Assembly: GCA_002633005.1 (NCBI GenBank)
Contig: NMRA01000013.1
Location: forward strand, 1,070,536 to 1,134,535
DNA from: Phoronis australis
Taxonomy: Eukaryota > Animalia > Phoronida
Length of the DNA: 64,000 nucleotides
Reading direction: 5' to 3'
Below are positions 1-13,500 of the stretch, piece by piece; the stretch's first letter is position 1, and every line of letters begins with the position of its first letter. Both the position numbers and the translations under genes were made by a program. The notes beneath the pieces are model-generated. The model searched no databases, was not told the origin of the DNA, and was given only the letters and a program-made list of their open reading frames with translations.

Positions 1-3000
1 GCAAAAAGCTCCTCTGATCCTCTTTTTAGGGACTGCAGCCGGCATATCTTGTTTTGTAGTTACTTGACACAGCACTACCCTCAGAGGTATTAACTATGGG
101 AAATCTATATGAACTACATGATCAGATAAAATATCTTGTCTCTGCGACCGCTGACCACGAGTATCAGCCATATTCCTTTTTTCCCACACACACCCGCTAG
201 ACGTCTCTACGGTCCATGCAACAACAATGGCCGCCAGTGGCCGTCCAATAGGATTTCGCTAGGTGAAACGTCTCCCTCTAGACGGTCTCTGGTACTTATG
301 TTCATTAGGTCACGTGATGTGGCCAATAGGTGGCGTGCAGACCAGACTTAAAATGCTTGTGATATCCAGGGGGTGTAAACTAACTCTACCACGGCCGCGC
401 AACATTACCATACACTGCAAATACTCTCATTAAATATACATGTAGAATCCCTTATCACGAAACTTTCAAGAACTCTCACCACACATAAGGCCCCTTGCTA
501 CGGGCAACTGTCAGTGCACGTTACCGAAAAAAAAATAACACAAAAAACTTGTATTAAAAATTGTCTCTGGTATTAGCAATACCTCGGTGTGGTTTGAGTT
601 CAGCTGGGTTCCATGACAGGGGTTTTTGAGCTGGTAAGACTTGGTTTTAACTCCCTGAAATAGTTACTCATATCTAAGGATACAACATTTCAGTATTCCA
701 AAAATAGTTATCATGTAGAACAAATTTTCTGAATGAATATGAACAACACCTTAAACATATTAACGTGACAGGAAACAAAACTCTTTGGTTAGAAATTAAC
801 AAACACATTTCAAAACCCTTCTTGCAATACAGGGGTTTCAACGAAATTTGTGTCGATTCGTAAAGTAGCACACTTATTACCGCATACATCAGCTAGTAAC
901 TGCATTGGAATTGGCCACAATCTTCTCAATCATTGGGAAATCCCATGGCGACTTGTGCCTGCATCAACAAAGCTGTCCACTCATGTATGTTTTGCATCAT
1001 AAATTGAACGTTATGCTCAATAGAACACCGGATTTAATCTAATTTTCTGGCTCATTCCTGGACCATTCGTTTACGACACACGTACAAACCAATGTATAGA
1101 CACTTGCGTCTACACTGGGAGTAATTACATGTGTCATTGCGAAACGGTGTACATCGACACTTCCCGGAAAGAGTTGTCGCTAGGTTTAGTAGATTTGTGG
1201 ACGCCATTTGCCAGAGGTCAACTTGACACTAGTGTGGTAACTTGCCCCAGCTCAAGTCGTAGTGTGGTCGCAAGCCTGCATGTTGACAAGTTGGAAGTAA
1301 TTATAAGCTGCGCACTTGATCAGTTACATAGATATGTACAAAGTAATGTCCAATCAATCTTCCGCAAAATTTGTCGCATGGTGCACTTTGTTTGCAGTGT
1401 GAGTGCTCGGCTGAACGGGGGCAATTTGCTCCAGGTCAAGTTGTTTAAGGGTAGTGTGACGTTGCATAAGAGTGTAGCCTCAAGTAGGAGCTAGCGCATA
1501 TTCAGTGGCTGATGCACCGTGATGCTAACGAAGGTTGACTTCCAAGCCCCTACAATCGACGGGGTCTCCCAGTGACAGATTTCTCATCCCACCGACTAAA
1601 GTATTGATTAAGAGCCCTGTCTTGAAGTGAAATTGTTCCGCATGGTGCTCTGAGTACAAAGAGCTTTGAAACCAGGAAGAAGACATTAGCGTTGGCTACA
1701 AGTGGTGTCAGGGAAGCGATTATGGAGTATTGTGACCGAGTTAAATTTGACAACGTAAAATATGCCAATATTCTTGGTTGCGATACCCCGACCCTTCATA
1801 ATTTTATGCTCCCGAAAATAAATGTAGACCTCCCACCGCGCATGTTTCCGCATGTACACCGGATATATGGCGCATCATCTTGCCTCAGAGAGCGCATGTT
1901 GCGATTTCAAATCACCTTGCTGCGGGTGCAAGTCGCCATGTGAAGGGAATGGGACAAATCCTGGGACCACTCACACTCAAGTTCAATGTAAAATGTCAAT
2001 AAACCAAGCTACAAAGTGTTTAACAATCTTAATCACTGCCAACATTTTATTGGTATAGACATGGCTTAAACGGCCATTTTGTTTTTATCCAATATGATTA
2101 GCATTATTTAGAGTGGCTGTCAGCAGCCAGAAAATATTGCACGACTGTCAGATGGACAACAAACAATGGAAGGAGAAAGATCCCGAAAACTTTATTGTCT
2201 CACTTGATGGCGCAAGCCATATAACGATCTAATGATCCAATGAAACCTTCATGATTCTACTTTTAGTTTTATCCCAGGCCAATTTCAAAGGTCCATCCAG
2301 ACAAACTGCAGTGTTGTCTGGCCCTCCAGCAGGAACAAGCTCCTGTACTTATACGAGGGACAATAAACTCGGGTTTTGGGCGCGCCCCTTAATGTCACCA
2401 CTGTATTGCTAGGCTTTGGGTTTTAGCTTAGAAACTTAGCTATACATTATTTTCACACATTTCTTAGTATCGTATTACCAAATATAAGACATTTCATTTT
2501 CTCATGTACAACTTTTTCCGTATTAACACAGAAAGACTGTAATAGATAGGCGCTACACAAACGTTAAAAATAACTAAATGAAGTAAATAAATAAAGAAAC
2601 TATGGTATTTAATAGAGGGACATCAGTTTTAATACAACACCTCTTAATACTAACTGGTTTTCGATTGTCTGAACATCTTAGGCAACATACGTACAGTTCA
2701 GAGGTAGTTTGTACATTTCAACGTATCTCATGCATCGCATTATGCAGTATCAAAAATAAAATATTTGTTCATCAAGCTTCAAGTTGCATTTCTCCCCGTT
2801 TAGCCACCTAAAGCACACATATCAATTTCGCCATTTTACTTTTAATAGAATTGGTCCGATTCGTAATACTTCCGTTAGCAGATGGAGTCACAGGCCATGG
2901 CCATGGGTTCCAAGGACTCGCACAAATGTACGTTTTTGCGCAAATGCCCTTGAAAGTCTTGGCGTTTATCCAAATACATGTACCTATTTAACTGTAGAAT

Positions 3001-3355
3001 TTAACTTCTGAAAGTAAATGTGTGTAGAGTTTAATTTTGGACTTAAAACCAATCTCCCATTGAGTGAATTACGTTACCGTGTCTATTTAATAGCATTAAA
3101 AAAATAATGGTGCATTCATGTAAAAATATTACTAAAATGACCAAATTTCCTTTTAAGTAAAAGTTCAAGACAAGACTTCAAAAGCTTTCAACAGTTGTTT
3201 CATTATCGTTTCGTTTTTTTTTCATGCACCTTTCGATTTTTTTCATAAAATCATAAATGTTCTAGTGTTTGATAGCAATTCACTCAAATGTGAAGCATTT
3301 TAAACACAATTCCTGAACAACCGTTTTGGCAGGGCAAGAAATAGTATTGCACAAT

Positions 3356-3361
3356 TTTATT
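3356..3361 (-). terminator. First AATAAA seen downstream of the sGC stop (further ones at 2191-2196 and 2046-2051)
   Basis: tttatt on the plus strand; usage unverified. Confidence 0.25.
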
Positions 3362-4162
3362 CCGATATTGAACACGGTTCAGCTGTTTCTGAGTTAAGTT
3401 CCAAAGTAAGCCAAAGATGGACATTTTATCCAAGGGTTACTCACAACGTTTAGCTTTAGTCCCTGTCTATGGTGATGTGAATGACGTAATCACGTCTCAT
3501 GAGACTGCCATATACGACCCGGCGATAACTTCATGTACGTCTACACTACACGATTATCTTGTGTAACACGACAATTCTTCTCTAACTTAGCTATGGTCGA
3601 CAAGTAAAATTCCATTTTGTCGTTTTCTCCTCAAAAATATGGATTAAGAAAAATTTAGTCAATTGCTTGCGTGGTTTCTACAGTGCGCCTGCGTTCGATA
3701 AAATGTCCATCATTTGCAGACGAAGTAATCGGCCATTGAAAAAGGGAAGATGACGATTTTGCAAGTATCCTTGTACGACCTGAGTGGAGAATTACCGGGC
3801 CACATAGGATTGACGCTGTTTCGAGTTATTAGCTGTTAACGAATAGAAGTAATGCATAGTACTGCAGGTACTCAATTCCACGATCTATTCACACACCATG
3901 ATTTGTCCTAGCCGAGGTCTATCTCATACGGCTTAGCATTACAACAATTCGTGTCAGGGTACTTGTCCTAGGTGACGTTCACATACACGGAAATCATATT
4001 GCGTAGCCAGAGTCAACTAAACATGTTAGAAAAAGATACCTCATTTTGCACATGCTAACGTTGAAAGTTGTGCTACCACAGAAAGCTTAGCATTAGAGAA
4101 AGTCTTGACATAAACGAAGTCCGTTGTTCATTAGACGAAAAAGGAAACAGCTCAAATCGAAA

Positions 4163-4514
4163 TCACATGAGACGACAGAGGTTGCTACGTTTGCGCTCAG
4201 TTTCTTGCCTGATTGTATGGCCAATTCCAGGTGCCTCAATCGTGTTCCCGCTAGAGGTCGGAGTTAAGCCGTTAGTTGGCGGTGGAGTGATCTTGCTCAT
4301 TTTTTCCTTCGGCGTGTTATCGCCCCCCTTCTCCACGTGCGTGGAGTTTAGACAGTCTTCCCGCCACTGAAGGTATCTTTCAAACATCTCAGAATTTTCT
4401 TTCTCTTTATCACTGCCAAATTTACCGATTAGCCATTGCGTATTCATTATGCCCTTGCCCTTGATTTGCGTGGCCCCTCGTGGTTCCATTGAAAATCCTT
4501 TGTTAACTAACTTC
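4163..4514 (-). CDS. GUCY1B2: sGC terminal exon 12: ...[17 protein letters not shown]...[10 protein letters not shown]
   Basis: ORF 4163..4591; ttccag acceptor; KGKG-M-T-WL cyclase end motif. Confidence 0.93.
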
Positions 4515-7500
4515 CTGGAACCAAAGAAAAAACAGTACCCAAAATTATCACACATTATAAAAATAAAAAATTGTTCTAATAGTGCAACCAAAACAATAAA
4601 GAAACTGTGACAATATTGTCATGGAACTTCGGGACAAAACGCCGGAAGTCAGTCCTCATCAACACAGCCGCTGTTTCGTATTGGTCGTGCACACGGCTAG
4701 CTTTTGTTATTTCCTCCGGTTCAAAAAGATGGCTGAGATGCCATTAGAGATCGCATCGGGATTGTCTGCAAGAAGTAGCCCTATAACGCTCCCCAATACT
4801 ACCTTAGCTACCACAATTACATGAACGTCCACGGTGTTTTGGATTTCCAAAAATAAACAATGGCAAACAAAAAAACTTTATCAGAAGCAGGACATGGGTT
4901 ATTTTAGCACGTTAGCGACTTATCTGCTAACTAAGCTTAATTGACGTTACCGTTGGTGTCAGTCTCTCACCACTCTCTCTCACTCCCTCTGTCAATCCTT
5001 TTTCATTTCAGGTCCATGTAACTGACGCAATTTTCGTTTACATGCCTCCTGTTTCCGAAATTGGAAATGCGCCCAGGCTTATATTTGGGGTACTAGAAAT
5101 GTAAATAATTAACGCCACTCATTTTTGCACGCGCCCTGGGGCTTACTATAAGATATCTCGGGTACATGTAATTATTTAGACATCAAATGAGATTTAATCT
5201 TGCAAAAAGGTTTAATATAAAACTTACTCGTAAGTAAAAGGACTGAGATGAACCATCGCAGGAACACCGTGGCTTTCCATTCTCGATGCTGTGTTTACCG
5301 TGTCGCCAAATAAACAGTAGCGAGGCATCTTGTCACCTACTACACCCGCCACGACAGGACCAGAGTGAACTCCAACACGAATCTACAAAGTAGACGAACT
5401 AACGTGTATACTTCAAAACTGCGTTTGGCTGCATCTGAGCGAGCCTGTGTACAGTTCCCCTCACGCATGCGTGTAGCGGCTACAAACCCAACCTACATCA
5501 CAAAACTTAATTTTTATTTAGACCACTTTCCGCTCATAAAATTGGTCTCAAATTGCTCCTCAGTCAAATTTGAGGTGATATCAGGACTTCTAGAGAACTG
5601 AGAGTTTGTTATTGCTCGAGACCAGGCGTTTCAGAGCGTGTCATCATAAGTTTTTTAGTATGGTACATGGTGTCAAGGAATAATGAAATGTTATATTTTT
5701 TGTAAACCCTGAAATCACTTCGGTATAAGGAATAAGATTCATAAGCCGAGACCAATTTTATAGCCGTCTCAAACAAAAGCATGCTTCATGAATGGAACCT
5801 AGGTTTATAGCTAGTCATCAGAAATATGTGTGGCTAAAAATACTTCTTGTGTAAAGATGGCAATTTCTCTCGATACATTGCGTACTCGACATTTCCATCT
5901 TTACCAGTAGAGATGGGTAGCAAACAGTGGCGGATTTAGGGGGGAGGGGGCAGTGGGGCCATGGCCCACCGTAAAATTCTTCCAGATTCCATTTGGCAGT
6001 TCGGGGTGCAAGTGTCTGGATCCGCCGCTGACAAAGGGATTGTCAGTTCAAACACTCCCTCGAAACCCACACCCCACGACCTCTTCGACCCAAGACCCCT
6101 TCGACCCACGACCCCCTCGACCCACGGCCCGCAACCCTCCCGACTCAGTCTACACAAGCTCGACTCGATCTGAAAAAGCGCTGACTTGCAAGACCAACGA
6201 GTCTGGCCATGAGCTCGGCTGGCTTTTTCTTGTTTTTTGCAATTAAGAAAGTCGATTCGACAAGTATGAATGACAAAAACGGGAAAAAACGCGACCAAGT
6301 CAAATCAAAGACCTACCAACGTTACAAATGTCGTTCCCGGCAGAGTGTAATCGTCTCGTCTGCTCTTCAGTGCATGGCAGATTCTACCTTTTTGGGAGAG
6401 TGCGAGGAACCGTACCGACGAATATGCAATTTCTTCAGTAAATACATTTTGGAAAAACAAATTGTATCTCAACGTTCCACGAAGTATTTTGTAAACGAGT
6501 ATTCAACAGAAAGCAAATAATAAACATGTGAGATTATGTGCATTCACGATAATGCGCTATCTCCCTAAGTTTAGTAGAACAGAGTCATTGGGACTATTTC
6601 CGTGATAACAATAGCACGCTCACAATCGGCTATTTCAGATCACGTTCTTACGCCACTTTCTGTTTTCAACCTCCAGACTTGAGCCAGAGCACATTCTTGT
6701 GTAGGGAAGTGTTATGGGAAAGTCATTCAGCGACGTAATATGATTATGAAATGCGTAAAAAGCGCAAATATACATCTATTGCCACAGTTCGTGTTTCGAG
6801 AGGGTTGTGGGTCGAGGGAGTCGTAGCAAAGTCCTCATTTGTCAAGAATTCTCAAATATCTGTTGAAAAGTCACAGATGTGCGAGCAAGTCAAGTCCTTT
6901 ACAGAGATATATAAAGACGATTGTTTTGGTATTGACAAAACGCCAGCTTCGGTCCGGAAATCGAGTATTCCAATGTCTTAATCCGAAGGCGGAGCGTGTC
7001 AGTGGCATATTTTGTTCAAATAAGGAAAATGGCGTGCTCATGTAAAAATGAAGTTTTCCTAACTCGTGACGCGGTGTTTTTGACTGTGAAATCCGTTTCT
7101 GAAAATAGATCACAACAAGTTATGTGGACAGGATCGCCATTTTTATTCTCTACGAACAAGCAAAGTGGTATGCATATTTCGTGAAATGCCGCATCTCCTT
7201 ACTGGACTTTGTCCTTCACTACCTCCACGATTGTCAGTTTAGTATCAGTAATCACTTCATCAGTTACGCCGCAACATGTACGCAACTATCCATGACTGCC
7301 AATCTTCCTCTCTCAAGGTCCACGCGAGTGTTATCATGCATAACAGCGCACTTTTTCCATTAAGGCAATTTTTTCTTACGAGCTGTATTTCTTATAGCAA
7401 CAACTGCGATGCAGTTCTTAGTTCAGCGTTCTCTTCTGAACAATTACCATGTCGTAGGACTTCTATGATTTCAGGTTGCGATACTCCACGGTTAGCCTAA

Positions 7501-10500
7501 AGGGCGCTTGTGAACAAAACCAAGACTGACAATAAAAAATCTAAGGTGATGAAAATTTATACAAAAAAGTCTTTAAAACACTATAGTGAATCCTTGTAAA
7601 CACCTAAAGTGCGAAACGAATCCCATCTCAAACTTGAAAATTTGAGGTACAACGAACAAAATTTTACAATTTAATAAAGCGGTCACTTGAAAGCAGCATT
7701 TGTACTAAGCTGTGTTATATTTTGTCAAGCGTTTAACTGTAAGCAGCGCTCGTCACAGGCGAAAATGTCCGCTCGTAAATACGAATGACGGCATATTCTG
7801 CACACGTACATGTTTGTGTATTTCCAGATTTGCACTTGCAAACAGTGACGACCAAAAAAAAAACGACGAACGGGCGAATAAGCCAATTATATGAGTGAGG
7901 TCAAATTTCTACTCGTACTTCTTGTACTCGCATTTGCGTGCCCCTGACGCTATAATTTGTTTTCTTGTCGGGTGGGGTATACAATGTCTCTCGTATGTTT
8001 GGCCGTGTGTCAAAAAGGGTTGCACGAGTCTAAGCTTAACATTTACTCCTCTCGGTGACAAAAATACCTTTAGAGGTAGTCCTGTTACTGGCGACTTGAC
8101 CTGACTGGCTGCCTCTATCATGGCCAAGCCCATCAGCGCAACTCTCTCAGCATGGTCCTCGGTTCTCTCTGGTACGCCACCAACCACCATATAGGCGTCA
8201 CCTATAGTCTCAACCTGAGGTAGAAATGTTTCATCGTNTGTACTCGCATTTGCGTGCCCCTGACGCTATAATTTGTTTTCTTGTCGGGTGGGGTATACAA
8301 TGTCTCTCGTATGTTTGGCCGTGTGTCAAAAAGGGTTGCACGAGTTTAAGCTTAACATTTACTCCTCTCGGTGACAAAAATACCTTTAGAGGTAGTCCTG
8401 TTACTGGCGACTTGACCTGACTGGCTGCCTCTATCATGGCCAAGCCCATCAGCGCAACTCTCTCAGCATGGTCCTCGGTTCTCTCTGGTACGCCACCAAC
8501 CACCATATAGGCGTCACCTATAGTCTCAACCTGAGGTAGAAATGTTTCATCGTGGTGACAGATACAACTTAATGGTTTGACGATTTCACACAAAACTGTT
8601 TCTGCCACATACTATGTAAATGTCCGCCTCTTGTAACATACAAGTATTTGGACAAAACATTTCCAGACTGGGCCACAGCAGTCAGTTTTATTTGCATCGA
8701 CACAGCATTAATCAACCGTGGCGGTTTAGCAGCTTTTGCAAAACGTTTTCCAAAATTTCAGGGTCACAGACCATTTGGTTGAAATGATCTAGTCGTAGTT
8801 AGCACTTATTAATAAGATGAAGTGGAGATTAGTAGCCTTTTAAATCGAGCATAGTATGGAACACTAAACCTTGCTTAGACTATATACAATGAATTGCCTC
8901 AGTATTTACTATGAGATAATCTTCTGTAACCCTCTTCAACTTTCAAACGTTTGGAGCAAGCAACGGAAAATCCTTGCAAAGTATCCTAAATCTGCACGCA
9001 CTTCTAATGCTGTGCGTGGGTTAATAAGGCGATTGTTGAGTGACCTGTCCATCACAAATCACGCATTAAATCTATTTTGAAACACATTGAGGCTGCGTTT
9101 TAGCTGAACAATACCTTAGATAGCATGCATGTAGATTTGTTAAGCTAATATATGATATGGCATGCATTCAATTTTGGAGGAAATCTCTGAAACAAGATTG
9201 ATTACGTTTCTAAGTAACAGCACTATTTTAGAATTGAAATAGTCGATGGTATTCGCAAAATCCCCCTACGCAGGCACAAAACTAGTTTAACTTGATCTTC
9301 TAGGCTGCAGTTGCGTATTCACCGAATACTGGGGTGTTCCGGGATTGTTAACAAATAATCTTTAACGGAAAGCTGACACGTGCTCCTGGAACTTCATCGG
9401 GGACATCTATTTCACACGGTGTGGTTCACACCACAAAAACACACAACGAATATCATGTTTAAAGAATGCAGGAAACGTTAACAAAATCTGTCAATTGTGT
9501 TGAAGAATCTCCTTGTATTTATAATTCCATACCTTATATACGTCATGTTCGGTAGTAAGTTTATCAAATCTGGAGTACATGTCGTTAAGCATATTGACAA
9601 TATCCATGGGTGTACTCGCGGCTGCGATATCAGTAAAAGTAACGATGTCGCTGAACAGAATTGTGCCTTCTTGAAATTTTTCTGGAAATAAAACATTTAC
9701 CCTCAATTAGGAACAGGAAGACTGTTGTTTTCAGAATAAATGTCGAACAAGAGACAAACATAAGTTCAGGGGAACAGCCACCATTTTATACCTGTTCGTT
9801 TGTGACCAATTCTGAGCATTTGAAATAGTTTAGGGGTATCTGCCCCTTTTCAGGCGGTGGTGTGTTAAAGAAGTATTCTCGACGGTCCAATTCAGTGGAA
9901 CCAATTTACATGAGTCGAATTCGAGCTGTTTTAAATTCACCCGTCGCTTTGTTGTATCTCCTCCATAATTCCTGCGAATTGGCATTTCTGATTTATGTTA
10001 ATCACTACAAAACTACCATTTATAAGTCACAATATTTCAATGACGCTTTCTTCTCATTTTTACTTACGTTAGTCACTACTAAGTTAAAGTGCAACGGAAA
10101 CGCTTCCTCTGTCTTTAGTAGGTATTAGTAACCTGCGTATTTCTCACTTGTACTATACCAATGCAGGTTGAATAAAATGGAAAGCAAATTTAAATTTCTA
10201 ATCAAAGTTTCTCTTACTAACAATTACCTGCTTCGACAGTCTTCCCTTCCTTCAGTTGATCGGCAACTTTTCTAGGCAACATCTGTTCCAGCAAAGTCTC
10301 TGTCTTGGCTTTCTCTCTTTCCAAAGCTTGCCCAGTTATTTTTAATTTTGCTGTTGTTTCGTCTAACTGTTTACTAAAATCAATGAACAACAACACTGTA
10401 TAAAGCGTAAATTTTAAAGATGTTTCCCTAAAAGTAGAATTTATTTGTTACTTTGTTCTTAGTTATATTTATAAATTAATGTACCTTGTTTTTAAGGTAC

Positions 10501-13500
10501 ACAGAAAATTTGTGCTGGAGCATAGACTATAATACACGCCAACTGTATATCCTCAGTGAACAAAATCTGTGGTCGTGGGCACAAGGTGCAACCTACATTA
10601 GTGTCACAGAGGTTGACAAATTTAGCGAAATCGCATTGGACGGCCACTGGCGGAGATCGTTGTTTCACTCGCTAGTTTCCTGCGTGCCGCTAGGTGGTAG
10701 CCAGCACGCTGGCTACCACCTTGCGGCACAAAGGGAACCAGCAAGATTGTTTCATGGACCGTACCGACACCTAGCGGGCGTGTGCTCGGAAGAAAACAAG
10801 TATGGTGGATCACTCGTGGTTGAGACGAAACATTTTATGATATTCCTCTGCGCTTTAAACTCCATAACTTTCAGGTAATCATGACATTGCTCCGGTTTGT
10901 TAGCATAAGAACACTGTTGGACTATCTCGTGCGTTGTTCCACTGCGTTTACTGGATCAAATTGACAGTGCTGGGTCTAACACTTCCCGGAACAAAAAGGA
11001 GTGAATACTTAATTTGTCTTCCATGCTTCCTGTGTTGTCACAATGCTTATTATGTCCTTGGACCTGCTGCAAGGTCTTGGTGTCCTGGACATTATAGCTC
11101 TTAACCCTTAGTGCTGTGGAGTGAATGCCTCATCGGAATGGGTTTGGCTTCGTATTCTAATGGATACAACTATGTTCTGTGAATTTTTTCCCAGTGATAT
11201 GACCCCTCAACTTGGATCTGACTTTTATTGTGTAGACAGTGTAGTCAATTTTTTGTTTTCGTGTACACCTACGAATGTTATTTACTATAACTGTGAGTAA
11301 CTTGTTGACCAATCGAGGAAATTGAAATCATTTTCTAAAGGCATTCCTTTCGCCTATTTCTTAACAAGTTATCATCCGAATTTTCAAATTATCATCACAG
11401 CAACATTTGCGTGTACTATTTCTGCTCGTTTATGTATTATTGTGGTTCAGTATTTCATTTTACATTTTGTGTATAATTTCAAAAAATAAACACATGTGGA
11501 GAATTTCTCGTTTAGACTGGTGACCACTCTGATTCCCTAAGCCCCAGACAACTTTTATGAGGCCTATTCAGCACGCCCTTTGTGTTGATGCAGATCTGAG
11601 CCAATGGAGTGGAAAGGTAATCGCTAGCATTACTGTCTCAACAATGGTTGTTGTTAGTACCCCCAATTTGGTTTTCTCTGACATTTGCAGAATTATAGCT
11701 TGCAACTCTGGAGAGTAGTTTTAACTTGGTACATTATAAATATTGCAAAATGACTAAAAAGGTTAACTTGTGTTTATCTTCACAAAGGGCCAATTTCCAA
11801 AGGAACGATAAGTTTCATATTGGTTTCCTTTATTTAATTTTTAATGCTTCTGCCCACTTTTTTTCTCTTACGGGGAACGGATTGATAACTTTTTATCTAA
11901 GTTTTGAACTTGAAGTACCAAAACAGTGGTAGATTTTGATCGCCAGCTAAACTTAATTAGTTAAGTTCATTGTGAGCCCATCCCTAAACTTACCACATTA
12001 CAGGTACACTAAACATTTCACCTGTCATTAAAGTTTAATCTTCATTAGAACTCGAATCATGAAATATATACAAAAGTACAAACATATTGATAACCAAACT
12101 GAAGATTTGGAATCTCTAAACGTTCGGTGGCACTGATTATATAACTAATCTAGCTTTGTGTCATTAAAAATGGAAATGGGCACAACAACTGTTTCCTGGT
12201 AAAAAATCTGGTTAAACGAGATTGAAAGAATATTAAAACATGAATCCATGTGATATTGGTAACTCTGATCAGCGTTTGTATATCCACCGAGTATATCAAT
12301 ACGCGCGGTAGTTTATCTTCAATCGTACCCAATGGTTGTAATTTTTAGATTATCAGTTCATCGATTTTTAAAAATCGAAAACCGCACTTGGTTTTTTTTC
12401 AGCTGAATACCGCCGTGGTGTTCTTTTATAACGAAAATTAGTGGTTAATGGATTTTGAAAATTCTCCCTTATCTACAGTCAGAGATACAGTTTATGGTCC
12501 GATAATTACATTTAATTGGGTCTTGCTAGCATCGGGCAAAGCGGTCATCACAATTGTACCTGATTCCGGCGCCGCGCTCTCTTTGCTGCTAGTACAAGCC
12601 GCTCAGAAGGTTGAGTGGTGACTTCCTTGTAAGCGTATTATTCACGGTATGAACCTTCAGGTTCGCCGCAGTGATATAAGTACCGTATTGTCTAGTCATA
12701 TTGCCGAAATATCAATGGAGATAACGGCAGTATTTCACGTGTGAAACATGGAAAAGTATTGTCTTCCGCATTTCACTTCTGAATAACACGTGTGTAAGTT
12801 ACCTGACTTCTATTTCAGCAATGCGTTGTTGGTTCAGCAAAACTAATTCTCGCGTGACGTCAAAAATAGGAATGTCGGACAAATGCATGCCTCTCTCCAG
12901 AAGTTCATTCAAACTCGACAGCCTCGGCGACCCAATAAACATGACCAAATCGTCGTCCAGCGACATCATCTGGCCTAAAATAAAACCAAACACATGTACT
13001 GTCGATATCATGAAAACGTGGACTATTGCATTGAAGAACTTGATTTCGTATTGCAACATTGTGAGAGAACTGCTCACACAGTACGGCCGGTTAGACAGCA
13101 TTGTATGTTGCTGTTAAACCTGACATTAGCCTGGTCTTCATTCTACATTATGTACACAAGATAATGGAAACACGGCAATTAACGCGAGAATATTTGACGT
13201 TCTGGTAATCGATGTAAGAGCACTTAAATACGAAATAAACAGTACACCCACAGGGCTTCACTTTTAGAAAACCTTCAAGGTGGTTGGCTATGATTTGGCT
13301 GCAACGGTAATGGAGTGGAGTTAATACACATCAACTGTGTCATATTCATAATGACAGAAAGTCATCGACCGAATATTCTAATGCAATGGTCTGTCTATAT
13401 TAACCTATCCTCAAAATGTTTCTGTTTCCCATTCCATACCCTCACCCGTCTGAAATGGCCACCATGCCGGCAAGTGAATAGTGACAGAATGCGCTCATTA

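Noticed and set aside
1129-1943. Cluster of 70-120 aa ORFs downstream of the gene
   Set aside because: No recognisable domain or splice-consistent model; may be decayed mobile DNA
5936-6298. Overlapping Pro/Gly-rich ORFs
   Set aside because: They arise from GC-rich MITE and short tandem repeats in an intron
8068-8214. Genuine mutually exclusive or duplicated cyclase exon
   Set aside because: Identical exon, near-identical intron flanks and a junction on an N point to an assembly overlap
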